Under the pieces are notes generated by a model. It ran no database searches. It saw only the letters and a program-made list of their open reading frames with translations, and had not been told where the DNA came from. A program made the position numbers and the translations under genes. From the NCBI GenBank assembly GCA_951406725.2, contig OX597820.1:48794001-48858000 (forward strand): 64,000 nucleotides of DNA. The letters are read 5' to 3'. Source of the stretch: Octopus vulgaris. Its lineage: Eukaryota. Shown here piece after piece: positions 1 to 14,484 of the stretch (within the stretch, counting starts at the first letter, position 1; each line of letters begins with the position of its first letter).

Positions 1-69
1 CGAAGAAAGTACATACATAGCTGCATAAATGCATATATACTTAAGTATGTATGCCTCAAAGATAATCAA

Positions 70-305
70 AGACTAACCTCAAGCCATAGGTTCAAATGGC
101 TGGTTTCCCCAGATTCTGTGGTGTGTATATTTCTTGCACCAATGGACTGGACGCGGTCGATCGTGAGGCTACGCATTTCTTTTAGCTGTGCAGACTGGTG
201 CAGGGTGAAATGAAGTGTTTCGGTCAAGAACGCAACACATAAGGCGGCGCAGAAAACGAAACCACAATCCTACGTTGCTGAGTGCAATACCTAACTACAA
301 AGCTG
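70..305 (-). mobile_element. Degenerate tRNA-derived SINE
   Basis: The reverse complement resembles the SINE at 60915-61165 (gtggtttcg B-box-like segment, tgtgttgcgttcttg, catttcac...ccagtc body). Confidence 0.5.
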
Positions 306-438
306 CACACCACTACCCTGATTCACATGCAAACACATACAGAAACAGGTACACACAGTCACAACCACACACACACATACACGCACACATACACACACAC
401 ATAGTCCGTCTTTTTGTCTCTCCATCTTTTCGGTCCCA

Positions 439-475
439 TTTTTGGTCGAAGAACATAGGCTCGAAACTTCATAAA
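439..475 (+). ncRNA. Degenerate hammerhead-like motif (PLE 3' end remnant)
   Basis: ggtcgaa-gaac-atag-gctc-gaaac is homologous to the motifs at 46031-46069, 28798-28835 and 19983-20018. Confidence 0.45.
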
Positions 476-524
476 CTTTTCCATAAAAACGCCCACCGAA
501 TTTCTGCTTCTCTAAAACAATATT

Positions 525-2200
525 CTTTTTTTTCCAACAGAAAAAACAAAACGAGGTATTGAACCTCTCACGACAGTTTTAAAAATTATTGGACATTACA
601 AATGATAACATGCAATAACATACTATAAAATATTGAATATACAATCAACACTAGTCCATTTACAAATGAGGCACTGAGCCTCTTACGCTTTATAACACTG
701 AGGCTTTTCAACCTCTTGTCAATTTTCCACCTCATCATCACTTGTGTCAGTGTACTCCACCATCACCCATGCTTGTTTTAAAATCAAGGCGAGCTCCGAG
801 TTGGCGTCACCCGGCCACGAGCGATATTCCACTTTTAGTCCCTCCAGCCTATGTAACACGCGCAACGTTATGACCTCCACAGCTATCTGCGGAGGCCATT
901 GGGATCCCGTGTGAAGGCCATAGCTACTCTCTCGTAGTGTTCTTCCTCCACATTTTCCACATCTCTGCCGCTATAAAAGAAGACCAACAGTTCTTTGTCC
1001 TCCGGGTCCGGGGGTGCCAATTCTACCGTTGGCGACACACTTCCAGCTAATGGTGTCTCCCCCCGCCCCCGACGGTGGCACAACCGACGAAGCTCCGGGA
1101 CACTCCGGGACATTCCGGGGCCATGTCTCCGACTGCCAGCAATGTCCTGTTTCTTTTCCTCTTCTTTTTTCTTCTCGACTGGGGGTGTGTGCGTCTCCTC
1201 CGTGACCGTGAGATTCGCCTCCCTCCTTCATCCCCAGGATCCTTCGGAGAACACCCATTTTTGCTCTTTTGCGGCTCTTGTTTGAGGAGTCTTCCGTCTC
1301 CTCGGCCGCCTTCATTCCCTCCTCTACAGAGGTCATCGTCAACTGCTCCAGGATATTCCTTTGCCCTTGAGGATAGTACTTTTTTATATGGCAGTACTTT
1401 TTTATATGGAACCGATGACACTTGGGGCGGGGGCGTCCCTCAAGATTCACCGGATACCTAGAACCGGCCATTCTCTAAAAGTCTGGAAACACCAGACTTT
1501 CGGCTGACTGGGTCCATAGGGTGAAAATAGCTTTTGACCCCTCCCAGTCAGCCGCAGGCAGAATATTTACGCTGAGAAGCTTGGTGCTACTGCCACGTGG
1601 ACGCCGGCGGATAGTATCTCCTATCCACTCGGGCTCATCTCCAGGTGGCATGCCGCAATCCCACGCCCTCCTCAACTTTTTCCCACAATAAGTGGGAAGA
1701 AACAAAATCTCAATGCCCTCCAGGGGCTGGCTCGCAAATTCACAAACCACTTCTGGGAAGTCAAACAGCGACCACACGGTTGCGTATTTGCCCCCCTCCC
1801 CCGAGAGATAAACTTATATCGCTGGCTTAAATTCTGCCAGCTCTGTTTCGGTTGTATCCTTTCTTAAAACGGTAATGGCGTCGAGGTTCTTAGAGTAGGT
1901 CTTCTATACCACCGCCTTACTTTCAAGTTCTTTTAACCAACTTTTGGGTGCTGTAATTTTCCACTCCACCAACTTTCCATTATTTGTCATGTTTTTTTAA
2001 AAGAAGTCCAAAAATGCAATTCTTATAATACAAAATAATCAAGGAAAAAGAAGGAAGATAAAAAATACCAAACAAAAAAGGAGAAAAAATAACAGTTCAA
2101 TAAAGAGTTCTTTTTTGTTAAATAAAATATATTATGTACACACACTCATATGTCTCCTCTCACGTGACCGTCGGTCAACTAGCCTTTTGGCTTCCGACCA
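525..2200 (-). mobile_element. Degenerate non-LTR retroelement-like insert with a gag/ORF1-like coding remnant
   Basis: GC-richer block with a broken minus-strand frame from about 1990. It includes YPVNLEGRPRPKCHRFHIKKYC (decayed zinc-knuckle-like) followed by a K/E/R-rich region. No RT motifs seen. Confidence 0.4.
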
Positions 2201-2999
2201 CCGCCACGACACATCGATTTCTTCGTCTGCCGCCAAGGCATTTTTTTCCAAATACGCCAGCTAAGCTTCGTTGAACTGTCTAAAGTCGTAAGACACCCGT
2301 TGTTTTTGTCCTGCTATTACTATTATCGTTTTTTGTATTTTTATTCGTGTGGCATCGTCCGTATACATTCGATCCCTTTTCCAAGAAATCTAATGCTCGT
2401 AGCTTAGTTTTTCCTTGGGGCTGGCCGGATCGGAGCGATCTCAAGAATGTCCCGTCCGTGTTTTTTGTATCGTCTTCTAAATGTTTTACGTTCTTGTCCC
2501 AGTTTGTATTTTTCTACACACTCATAAAACTTACAATTATTTCGGCATTCACCAGTAATGATCAGTTACACTGCTGAATAGAACATGCCGAACCCATAAC
2601 TTTGCGAAGAAAACTTCATAGTATTTGCAATTTGGATAATTTAATTAGTAGTACTAAACTGAAATGGCTACTGTAATTTGCCATTCCTGCCTCAGTAAGT
2701 GGCGGGATTAATTACTTAATACAATATATTTGTGGACTAACAGTTTGTATTACAGAAACGAAGATCAATGTAATGTAGTTAAAGTGTGGTAGGCAAACGA
2801 ACATGGGATTTGTTTCAGAATATAAAGTGTCATATTAACTACTGACGTCTCTTCATCATTAGCATCAAGATCTATATATTGTCTTTCTCCTGCTCCTCGG
2901 CGTTCGCTTCCTGATCTTTATCATCGTTCTAGTCTCATTATAGAACTCAAAAGCATGTTCGTTGCGAAAAACGTCGACATCTTTAGATTCAAGAGCATA

Positions 3000-3524
3000 T
3001 TTCTCATCATCATCATCATCAATATCAATGTGATCTTCATCATCATCACCATCACCACCACCATCACTACCATCATCACCATTACTACCACCACCACCGC
3101 CACCATCATCATCATCATCATCATCACAACTTCCACAACTTCCACACCGCCACCATCACCAACACCACTACCATCTTCATCATCTTCATCATCAATAAAT
3201 AGTTCCTCGTGTCATAAGGTACATTGCGGTTTCTTTCAGAAATTTCGCTACTTACCATCTATTGTTTTTTTCTTTTTTTGTTCTTTGTAAACATTTCTCT
3301 CTCTCTGTTTGTTTCATATTTTTCTTTCCGTCTTCATGAAACAAAACATTCTTGAACTTCACTCTGAACTTTGCCATACTAAACATAATTTGGTAAATCG
3401 CTAAATCAGCTTACGGTTACGTCTTAGTAATTAATAAATTACATTTCTAATGAAACAAATTTTTAATATAGAAAACACAGCAGTAATATTTGCCCCTAAA
3501 GACAGCATGGAAATATAAAAATAT

Positions 3525-3576
<52 letters not shown>

Positions 3577-3614
3577 CAATTACAACAATGATAATATAAT
3601 AAATAGTATTAAGT

Positions 3615-3664
<50 letters not shown>

Positions 3665-3754
3665 GGTAGAAGTAGTAGTCGTAGTAGTAGTAGTAGTAGT
3701 AGTAATGGTGGTAGTAGTAGTAGTAGTAATAGTAGTAGTAGTAGTAGTAGTAGT

Positions 3755-3827
<73 letters not shown>

Positions 3828-4110
3828 ATAATAATATTAATAATAATAATAATGATAATAATGCTAAACAGTAGCGAAAGAGAAATATCAATTGAGATAC
3901 AGTGTGTTTGGGTAATGACGAAAATGATGGTTTTAATGATGATGATGATGATGAGGAGAAGTAGGAGGAGGAAGACATGATGGTATCGGAGGTGGTGATA
4001 GTGGTGGTCGTGGAAGTGATGGTGGTCGTGGAAGTGATGGTGGTCGTGGAAGTGATGGTGGTCGTGGTATTTGTAGAGGAGGTGGTGATAACTGGAGATA
4101 AGGAGGAAGG
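3000..4110. repeat. Compound trinucleotide microsatellites (CAT/CAC, AAT, TAG, GAT) and an 18-bp minisatellite
   Basis: Read directly; gtggtcgtggaagtgatg repeated at about 4004-4066. Confidence 0.95.
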
Positions 4111-4584
4111 TAACAATATTTTCACAAGTTTCCGCTTGAAGTGGAATGATCTAAGGTGTTGCTAACGTTATTTCATTTGAATTAATCAACAGGTAAATTT
4201 TCACTTTCAGTCAGGAAAAACAAATACACAAACACATTTAAACACCACCATACACATACTAACTCATACGAGCAGTAACGACACACCTAATACAATGTGT
4301 ATTCGTATTTATATTTCTTTCCTGAAGCACATAAAATCATTCACGAGCAATCATAGAAAGGCAAAAACAAACACAACTTACCGACATGGACAAACACAAA
4401 TATTGCGCATATTTGTATTTATGATCATAAGTATAACCAATAAATTTCACGATAAATACCTGTGTGTATATGTGCCTGTGTGTGTGTGCGTGTACATGTA
4501 TATATGTAGATATATACACATATGGTACTTATGGAGATATGTATATGTATATATATATATGTGCATGTGTGTTACACACGTTCT

Positions 4585-4615
<31 letters not shown>

Positions 4616-4753
4616 TGTAAATATATGTATATATATATACATACATACATATATATATATGTGTATGTATATATACATCATATATACATGTATACATATG
4701 TGTCTGTATGTATGTATATATACATACGGTGCTTACGCAGACACACACACACA

Positions 4754-4798
<45 letters not shown>

Positions 4799-5273
4799 GT
4801 ATATGTAAACAAGAGTATATATATATACATGTACGTATGCATAAGAAGTTATACAGATTTAGTAACGATATAACCATTCGCCTGCAAAACCTCACACAGC
4901 GCCCACGTATACCCACATACACATGAACACACCAATACTCAGTAACAATTACTCAAATATGCATACGCATACACAAACAAATCATAAGCATGCATTCATA
5001 CATACCTTATTTTCATGCATTTAATGTTACTCTAGGCAAATTCAACCACAATAAAATTACCGTACGCACTTTTCATATCTGTGTGTGATTGTGTGTATAT
5101 ATATATATATATACAAGATATAACATAATATATATATATATATATATATATATGCATATTTATGATATTATTATACCGTATGTAAACATACACATTATAT
5201 AAAATGTGTGAGTGTGTGTCTGTGCGCGTATATACGTATAAATACAGTGCAATAAACTTACACGTATGTATTA

Positions 5274-5375
<102 letters not shown>

Positions 5376-5525
5376 CACATATATATATATATATATACAT
5401 ACATACATACATATATACACATACACACCCACCCACACGCATATATATGTATTTATATATATACATATTTATTTATGCATACATATATACATATACATAC
5501 ATACATGCATATAAGTACGTACGTG

Positions 5526-5585
<60 letters not shown>

Positions 5586-5854
5586 TGTATTCCTATATGT
5601 ACATCTTTCTAATTGTGTAAATATAACAAAATTAAAGATTAGACAGAGCAGCATCTTAAAAAAGCTGACGGCGGGTGTCTTTCAATAGATGAACCGGTAC
5701 AATTTTTAGAAAATAATTATATTACATACGATAGAAACAAGCACGTAGTTATTGATTGATCCATTTTGAGTTATAGATGTCACAGATATTAAAAGCCGAT
5801 CGAATCTTACAATCAATCAAAGTCTATTTCCTTATGAACAAATAAATACGTAAA

Positions 5855-5915
<61 letters not shown>

Positions 5916-6206
5916 TGTATATGCTATATAATGAAATATTGTTTTGCATAGATGAACTTCCTTCAGTGCAACAATTGTATATACGCTGTAAATTGCAGTG
6001 CACCTTGTAGTTTATCAGATTTAAATTGTCGCTAATAGATTGACGTCTTGAAGGCATATGCAATTATATTTTGCGAATGTATTTGTTTTTATGTATTTAT
6101 GAATGATGATGAAACATGCGAACATGTATGCATACTGGAATGTAGGTACTTTTACATACACATATAATACACATACATACATGATAAAAACACAAAATCT
6201 AACTAT

Positions 6207-6241
<35 letters not shown>

Positions 6242-6372
6242 AAAGTACCTACATTCCAGTATGCATATATGTACGCATGCACACACGAAACCATAGCCAC
6301 AGACATGTGCACACACGAATATATGAGAGTTTGCAAGTCTGTATATACTGTATGTATGTATGTATGTCTAAG

Positions 6373-6403
<31 letters not shown>

Positions 6404-6409
6404 ATATAA

Positions 6410-7053
6410 TCAATAATAATAAAGGGCAAAATTAATTAATTAATTAGTAATTAATAATTTTATCAAGTAGCGTTCAGTATGTAAAGGGACCATTTACGGT
6501 AAAGTTAAACATTACTTTATATGATTAGAGTTCAGCAAAAAAATTTGCTTTACCACATACCGAACTTTTAGAAATAGCAGCCAAAAAATTTAGCTATTTC
6601 TTCCACTATAAGAAGAGTCTCCCAGACAATGTATGCTCAAAAATAATTCACGCTGGCATAGAGGGGAAAAATAACGAAAGTTCACTCGTAATTAGATCAC
6701 TCGTGAACGCGTTTCTGGGTTAGTCAGATATAGAGATGCTAGAAATACATCCCTATTCTAACATTCCCGTCATCAGCACAGAGATTTCATTAAATTTAAA
6801 TTTGAGAGCACTAAAAATCGAACATACCCATCTGATTTGAGTAACCTCAGACAAACCATCTCCGACACCCAGTACTAACGATTTCAAAACATAGGAATGA
6901 GGCTCCGCATCTTCCCCTGTATTTTTGAGTATACATTGTCTGGGAGACACTTCTTACAGTGGAAGAAATAGCAAAATTTTTGGCTGCTATTTCTAAAAGT
7001 TCGGTATGTGGTAAAGCAATTTTTTTTGCTGAACCCTAATTATATAACGTAAT
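6410..7053 (-). mobile_element. Non-coding PLE-derived element with inverted arms, flanked by (TA)n
   Basis: About 6510-6645 is the near-perfect reverse complement of about 6919-7053. A hammerhead lies between the arms. Confidence 0.75.
6700..6783 (-). ncRNA. Type I hammerhead ribozyme with long stem II
   Basis: Minus strand reads ctctgtg-CTGATGA-cggg..gttagaatagggatg-loop-catctctatatctgac..ccca-GAAAC-GC-GTT-cacgag. Stem III is the palindrome AACGCGTT; stem I is gtg/cac. Confidence 0.8.
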
Positions 7054-7130
7054 ATATATATATATATATACTATACTTGTTCCATGTCCTCGCGTTGTTG
7101 TGTTTTTTTGTGCTTTCTTGTTTGGATTAA

Positions 7131-7171
<41 letters not shown>

Positions 7172-7201
7172 AGTATATATGTATGTATGTCTATCTGTAT
7201 G

Positions 7202-7235
<34 letters not shown>

Positions 7236-7381
7236 TGTATGTATGTATGTATGTATGTATGTATGTATGTGTGTATGTATGTATATAATGTACTACTCCG
7301 TGAAGAATATTCATCAAAAAAAGCATTCCATCTGGTGAGAGATAAATATTATTTATTTAAGATCACAATGCATCTGTTAAA

Positions 7382-7434
7382 GCGTTACTAATAGTTTCAT
7401 ATGTTGAGAGAACTCAAACATATTCCTCAGGCTC
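7382..7434 (-). ncRNA. Type I hammerhead motif
   Basis: Minus strand reads gagc-CTGAGGA-atatgtttgag-ttct-ctcaacatat-GAAAC-tatta-GTA-acgc. The core is intact; stem I has a mismatch. Confidence 0.7.
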
Positions 7435-8062
7435 AAACCACATGTCATAAGGAACTAAAGAAATTGAATAATAGATGAAACGCGAAATGAAATGAGAAGG
7501 CAGCATATAGAAAACGCAGACAATAAACAACGGAAAACGGAAAACGAGAAACGGAAACTAAAATGTCAAAATGAAAAGTAAAAGTTAAAAAGGTAAAAGA
7601 GCTTTCCTCCTCACACTTTAATTAATAATGTTGGAAAGATATGATGTCAATCAGGAAAAGGTGGAATTTTCCAATTCTTCAGGATATATTTATACATTTT
7701 ATACATAGGCATGAGACAAATTTGTTTGGCTGAAAGAGCGCAGATCCTGTTCAGATCTAAGATCCGTAACTCACTATTGAACTCCAAGTCAGAAATTTTC
7801 AGTGGTTGCATGCTTATGTCGAAGTGGAAAATTCCGCGTATTCCTGACTGACTTGATAATATTCCAGCCTTATCATTTGAGGTCTAATGAAGATAGCTCT
7901 TTTACCTTTTTACCTTTTATCTTTTATTTTTGATCCTTTAATCTCTGTGTTTCGCTTTTCGTTTTCTGTTGTTTACTGTCTGCAGGTTTTCTATATGCTT
8001 CCTTCCCAGTTTATTTCACGATTTTTCTAATATCCAATTTCTTTAGTTCGTGATGATACGTA

Positions 8063-8623
8063 TTGGGTTGTCTGGAATGTTCGTGCCGAATTATAGTAGC
8101 TAACCTTCCAACTTATTTTAGAGAATGGTTGAGTCCATAAAACAGGATTTGACTACACCTCCATTTAGAACACAGTTTAAGCTATCTTTTCGTGGAAGAA
8201 GGTTTATGTTCCTATAACCTGTGTTAATTCTGTAACCCTTTGAAATGGAAGATAAGAAAGTTCATTTTCGGCACTTGATGATTTGGGAACCAGGCAAAAA
8301 TTGCTGCAGCTCGTCTGGGATGTGTTACCCTACGCTCCATATTCACCAGATATTGCTCCTTAGGATTTCCACTTATTCAGGTATCTGCAGAATAGTCTTC
8401 ATAGTAAAAATTTCAATTCCTTGGATGACGTAAAAAGATACCTTGATGAATTCTTTGCCATGAAACCACCTTAAATCTTGGAAGAGGGTATTTTCAAGCT
8501 AAAGGAAAGATGGAGATGCATTGTGTAATGGTTCATATTTGGTTGATTAAAAATGTAATGGCAAGTATTTATTGACCTTTTTCTTTCCTTTAAAAATCGA
8601 CACGAACTTTCCGGACAACCCAT
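8063..8623 (+). mobile_element. Internally deleted mariner element
   Basis: TIRs are ttgggttgtctggaatgttcgtgccga and tcgacacgaactttccggacaacccat, with TA on the left. Remnants read MEDKKVHFRHLMIWE and WDVLPYAPYSPDIAP*DFHLF (mariner YSPDLAP motif). Confidence 0.9.
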
Positions 8624-8629
8624 TTGTTT

Positions 8630-8682
8630 GTGCCTGAAGGATATGTTTGAGTTCTCTCAACATAAGAAAATATTAATAGCGC
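8630..8682 (+). ncRNA. Degenerate hammerhead motif (second arm copy)
   Basis: gtgc-CTGAAGG-atatgtttgagttctctcaacataa-GAAAA-tatta-ATA-gcgc. Stem I is intact and the core is mutated. Confidence 0.55.
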
Positions 8683-9087
8683 TTTAATACATGTATTGTG
8701 ACCTTAGATAAATAAATTATATATATATGTTTATATATATATATCAGAAGGATGTGTTATAATACTATTCCACAACCATACCAACAATTCAATATACCGC
8801 TATCATCTACTGCCCCACGAATATCATTATGCTTTTGACACCTGGGCAATATATTAATATCGATATATACTAGAGTTAGTCAAAAAGTGTCCGACCTTGA
8901 TATTTTGGGCACAAAATAATAAAATTTATTAAATATCTCTCTCTATATATATATAGATATATGCAAAATACTTATATAATCAAACGTTGAAGCGGTGAAA
9001 AATTTCATGTTTTACAGAGAATAAAGGGAAATTCGAATTCAGAATATCTGTGAAAACAACTTAGAAGATCGGTGCAAAGATCTATAC

Positions 9088-9745
9088 ATGTGGGTAGCCA
9101 AAAGAAACTGGAACGCTGCAATAATATGTCATTCACTTAGTTTTACATGTATACACTTCTATCGCCTTCAAAATATCCTCCGTCTATTTGAAGCAATGCA
9201 TCAGTCCACAGTTCAAAGCAGTGATGCCATTTAATGCTTCCGTCGTTTGTTTTTTCATTTCTTCCACATCTGCACATCCCGTAGCACCAGCTTTCATCAT
9301 CAGTGATGATTTGCGAGAAAAGGTCTGGATCGACTGCCAACAGTTCTTTTAGTTCAATACGCGCATTCATCCGTGACTGCTTTACATTTTCCATGAGCAA
9401 GCGAGGCATAAGTTTTGCTGCGACTCTTTTCTCATTCGTAGTTCCTTGCTCGAAATTCGTTGGCAGGAGCTCCAGCGTACACCAGTCATAACAACATGTT
9501 CATCAATTGTTCGGTGACGGTCCTCCAATATCAGTTCATGAATTTTCTTGATGTTATCATTCGTCCGGGAGAACGAGAGTCGCCATGAACGATGTTGGTT
9601 TTCAAGCAACAATTGACCATTTCTAAAGCGTGAAAACAACTCGTTAACTTCTTTTGCGCATGGCAGCGTCCTTGTTAACTGTTTGAAGCATGAGAACTGT
9701 TTCGGCCGCTTTCCCCATCAGAAAACAGAATTTTACGGAAGCACT
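9088..9745 (-). pseudogene. Mariner transposase remnant
   Basis: Frameshifted pieces: SVKFCFLMGKAAETVLML, FSRFRNG..EDRHRTIDE (HTH), AAKLMPRLL (WVPREL-like) and IITDDESWCYG (first catalytic D). Confidence 0.85.
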
Positions 9746-10299
9746 ATGTATTATGCATGTATGTATGTATGTATGTATGTATGTATGTATGTATGTATGT
9801 ATGTATGTATGTATGTATGTATGTATGTATACACGCATATGCATTGTGTTCTATTTTCGATATGACCAAAAGAATGATGCACATAGATATGTGTAGTGAG
9901 TAAGTGCCTTGTCTTGCACTAGATACACTTTAATGAACTTTGAGGTAGAACGATGTGAGAACTTTGAAGACCATGCGCTCGCCCAGTTTCTGTTGCTTTA
10001 AATGTTGCAAATGTTCTCTAGGGAGGGAAGGAGAACGGAGAGAAATGGAGATTAGAACGGACTGCAGTGTATCTATAACGAAAGGTTGAAAATGAAACTT
10101 TAATGTGTAGGTATTTAAAATTAGCACGCAATGAAGCGAATAAATAATTAAAGTAATTTAACCTGCCGGTCTAGTGGCTCTGCCATCTCGCTGCCATTCA
10201 GAAAATGGGCTTTGAGTTATGGGGAAAAGAAATTGAATTGCTTTTAAAAATGAGAAGAGCAAAAAGGGAAAATGATTATGATAACAATGATGAATCCAA

Positions 10300-10451
10300 G
10301 CGTGCGTGTGTGGTAAGAAGCTTGCTTCCCAACCACATGCGTAGCACTTTGGGGAAGTGTCTTGTGCTGTAGCCTCAGGCTGACGATAGCCTTGTGGGTG
10401 GATTTGGTAGGTGGAAACTGACAGAAGCCCGTCGTATATATGTATGTGTGT

Positions 10452-10517
<66 letters not shown>

Positions 10518-10715
10518 TGTGTCTGTGTATGTTCCCCAACCATTGCTTGATAAATGATATTGGTCTATTTACGTCCCAGTAAATAACCGGTTCGGCAAGA
10601 GATCCTGATAGAATGAGTGCTAGGCTAACAAAGAATAAGTCCTGAGATCGATTTGTTCGACTAAAGATAGTGCTTCAGAATGACCGCAGTCCAATGACTG
10701 AAACAAGAAAAATAA
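10300..10715 (+). mobile_element. SINE with internal (TG)n
   Basis: gtgtggtaagaagcttgcttcccaaccacatg head and tgactgaaacaag tail; homologous to 11535-11992 and 41866-42282. Confidence 0.8.
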
Positions 10716-11534
10716 TAAAAAGTTCCAAGTTGTAGTTTTTGATCCCTGTGTTGCACTAAAGGAACTGAGATATTTGCGTAGGGACAAATTGTTTGAAGAA
10801 TATTTAAAATTTCTGGTGGGCCTTTTTTTATGAGAAATTTGTAAATTTTAACATCATGCATAATTATGTCACGGAAAAAATTTAGAAAGGAAAAAAAAAC
10901 TCATTTGGAATAACCTTGCAAATTCAAACTTTAATTTTCAAAACACACATCCTCCCAACCATGCATACATTTATACACACACACACATACGTACCTATAC
11001 TACTTATATATATATGTTTGTGTGTGTTTATATATATATATATGTATGTAAGTATATTTGTATACATCTATAGTTTTATATGCGTGTATCTATGAGTGTA
11101 TGTCAGCTTATGCAGCTGTGTGGGGGGTCGGTAGTGTGTGCACGCGTGTGTGTATGCATGTGTGTATATGAATGTGGGTGAGTGTGTGTATGCGTGCACA
11201 CGTGCGTGTCCGTGTCCGAGTTTGTGATTCGAATTCACGACAACATCCGTTATTAACAGGACTTGAATTCGAAAATTTTCGTCAGAAAATATTCAGATTC
11301 TCTAGCATTTCATCGGTTCTGTAGAGCTTATGCCTCTATATGAACGTTACACACTTACGCATACGCACACAAACAAACACAAAACGCACGCGCGCACACA
11401 AACACACGTACCTACACACATAGACGCATAACCTGGAAACATTTTACAAGATTTTAAGAAAGAAATGACATGCACTTCCCATATATAATATATTTGCATG
11501 TATATACGTAAGCTTTTAAGAATGATGGTATACT

Positions 11535-11766
11535 CTCTCTCTCTTTTACTCTTTTACTTGTTTCAGTCATTTGACTGCGGCCATGCTGGAGCACCGTTTT
11601 AAGTCGAGCAAGTCGACCCCAGGACTTATTCTTTGTAAGCCTGGTACTTATTCTATCGGACTCTTTTGCCGAACCGCTAAGTTACGGGGACGTAAACACA
11701 CCAGCATCGGTTCTCAAGCGATATTGGGGGGACAAACACAAACACACACACACACACACACACGCG

Positions 11767-11801
<35 letters not shown>

Positions 11802-11992
11802 GTATATATATACATACATACATGTATACGACGGGCGTCTTTCAGTTTCCGTCTACCAAATCCACTCACAAGACTTTGGTCGGACAGAGGCTATAGTAGA
11901 AGACACTTGCCCAAGTTGCCACGCAGTGAGAATGAACTCGCAACGATGTGGTTGGTAAGCAAGCTACTTACCACACAGCCACTTCTGCGCCT
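11535..11992 (-). mobile_element. Near full-length SINE with internal (CA)n(TA)n
   Basis: Highly similar to 41866-42282, with a (taaaagag)n tail on the minus strand. Confidence 0.85.
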
Positions 11993-12641
11993 ATTCACAT
12001 GTATACCGGTATAGTTTTGTAGATCCATGCTTGTATCTTTACCTTTTCAAAATTTGAAATGATGTAATATGTAGGGAAGTAGAAATAAACGCGTTCGCAC
12101 ACATTCATACACACACACTCATAGACACACACACACATACAAATACATGCATATTTTTATATGTATATTAGTATACATACACACACATATATAGATACAT
12201 CTGTATGCGTTTATGCATATACATATATGTGTTTGTGTGTCCATGTGTGTGTGTTATTGTGCGTGTGTGTGCGTGTTCATATTCAACAAATTTAGCAATA
12301 CACACACGCGTATTTATATGTTTATGTATATCGAAATCACATTTGGTATCGATTCATCAGTGACAAAATGCTCGCTACGTTTTGAACCATTTTATCGATT
12401 CAGTGATAAGCTTGATCTTTCACAGCGGATGTTACTGTCCTCAAAGTAACTCACGATTGATTAACTATTAATGAGATGCAAGCCCACTTTTTGTTGCGTT
12501 TTTTATCTTTAGTTCCCTACCTAAATTCATTAATCAGTGACCTGGAGCTTCAGTCAAATAGGTTTTTGAAATTAATCAGTGAGGCTCATATCTTTTTCAA
12601 CTCGAAATCATCAGAATCTATTGCAGTTGCTTGCTTCCAAC

Positions 12642-12715
<74 letters not shown>

Positions 12716-13229
12716 GTTTGTCATACAAGAGCACTTACTAATAATTGAAGCGTTATTCTCAACCACCCTCTCTTTTTTCTTTCTGTATCTCTCTATTTCC
12801 ACAACTTCATCTGTCTCTGTAGCTGTGAAAAGCAAACAACAACGACATCAATGACAAGTAGAAAAAAAAAAGGATAAGAGTTACAATAGGGGTTAAAAAC
12901 CAACCAAGTCATTTCTTTTATTCCTGACTTTCCAATAACACATCAGATATTCGTCAGAAGCCTTCCCAAATGACAAAATATGCATAAAAAGCACATCTCT
13001 CCAACTACAACAAAAAAAAAAAATCAAATATATTTTGTACATGCACAAACATTCATACAAACATGTACATACACACATACAGATATATATGTATATATAT
13101 ATATATTCGCTTGCGCTCGATTAGAAACATCACCATATTATGCTCTTGTGCTAGTGTATATTTATACGTGCCAAGCTGCATGCTTCTCTCATTGTCCATA
13201 TATGTGTTTGTATATGTGTATGTGTATGT

Positions 13230-13478
<249 letters not shown>

Positions 13479-14172
13479 CTATATATATGCGCATACAGAG
13501 ATGTAGATAGACATATATTGATAGACAGAATGATAGGTAGATAGTTACATTTATTCGCGTATAAACTTGTTGCTCTTTTAAATATCTAGATATGTATGTA
13601 TACCTATATGTTTACATATATATTTGCACGCACATGCATACATACACGCCGCACACATGCACCCATGCATGCAACCACGTCATCAAAAATAAAGCCACCT
13701 TAGATTAATCAATACATTGAATCATGAAATATGGAACATTTGCATTTAATGTGGAAGATGAACTCAAAGAAAGAAAAAGAAAAAACAACAACAACAACAA
13801 AACAGAAACTACAACAAACTCTCTTGTGATGGTAAAAATCACGATAAGGATGATAATGATGAGGCAGAAAATGAGGTGAGGGATGAAGCAGGAGGTGCGC
13901 GTGTGTAGGAAAGTATCTCGATGGTATCATATGACACAACATATTCGATACAAAAGTTGTGAATGGTAATTACCAACCCTAATGGGGTCTCATATATATA
14001 CGTTATTTCAAACGCTTGACACTTAACTGGTATTAGGTTTCACCCGTTTTATGCCACCCTTTTCTCAATACGATCTAACGATGTGTATATTTGGGTATAC
14101 ATGCATGTATATATGTATATATGGTGTATGTATGTGTGCATGTATGTATATAGGTATGTACGCATCTATCTA

Positions 14173-14253
<81 letters not shown>

Positions 14254-14340
14254 TTTACATAGAGAGATAGACAGATAAATATATATAGATTCCACGTCCT
14301 CGCGTTGTTGTGTTTTTTCTGCTGTCTTGTTTGAATTAAC

Positions 14341-14484
<144 letters not shown>

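Larger units (their letters stand above)
7345..8720 (+). mobile_element. 5'-truncated Penelope-like element (Naiad-like C-terminus) with inverted pLTR, interrupted by a mariner
   Basis: About 7345-7610 is inverted relative to about 7895-8060 plus 8625-8720. 7708-7851 reads QICLAERAQILF...LLNSKSEIFSGC, matching the CxLCxxEK..LLNxRxE..SxCxH end of PLE GIY-YIG domains. Confidence 0.75.
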
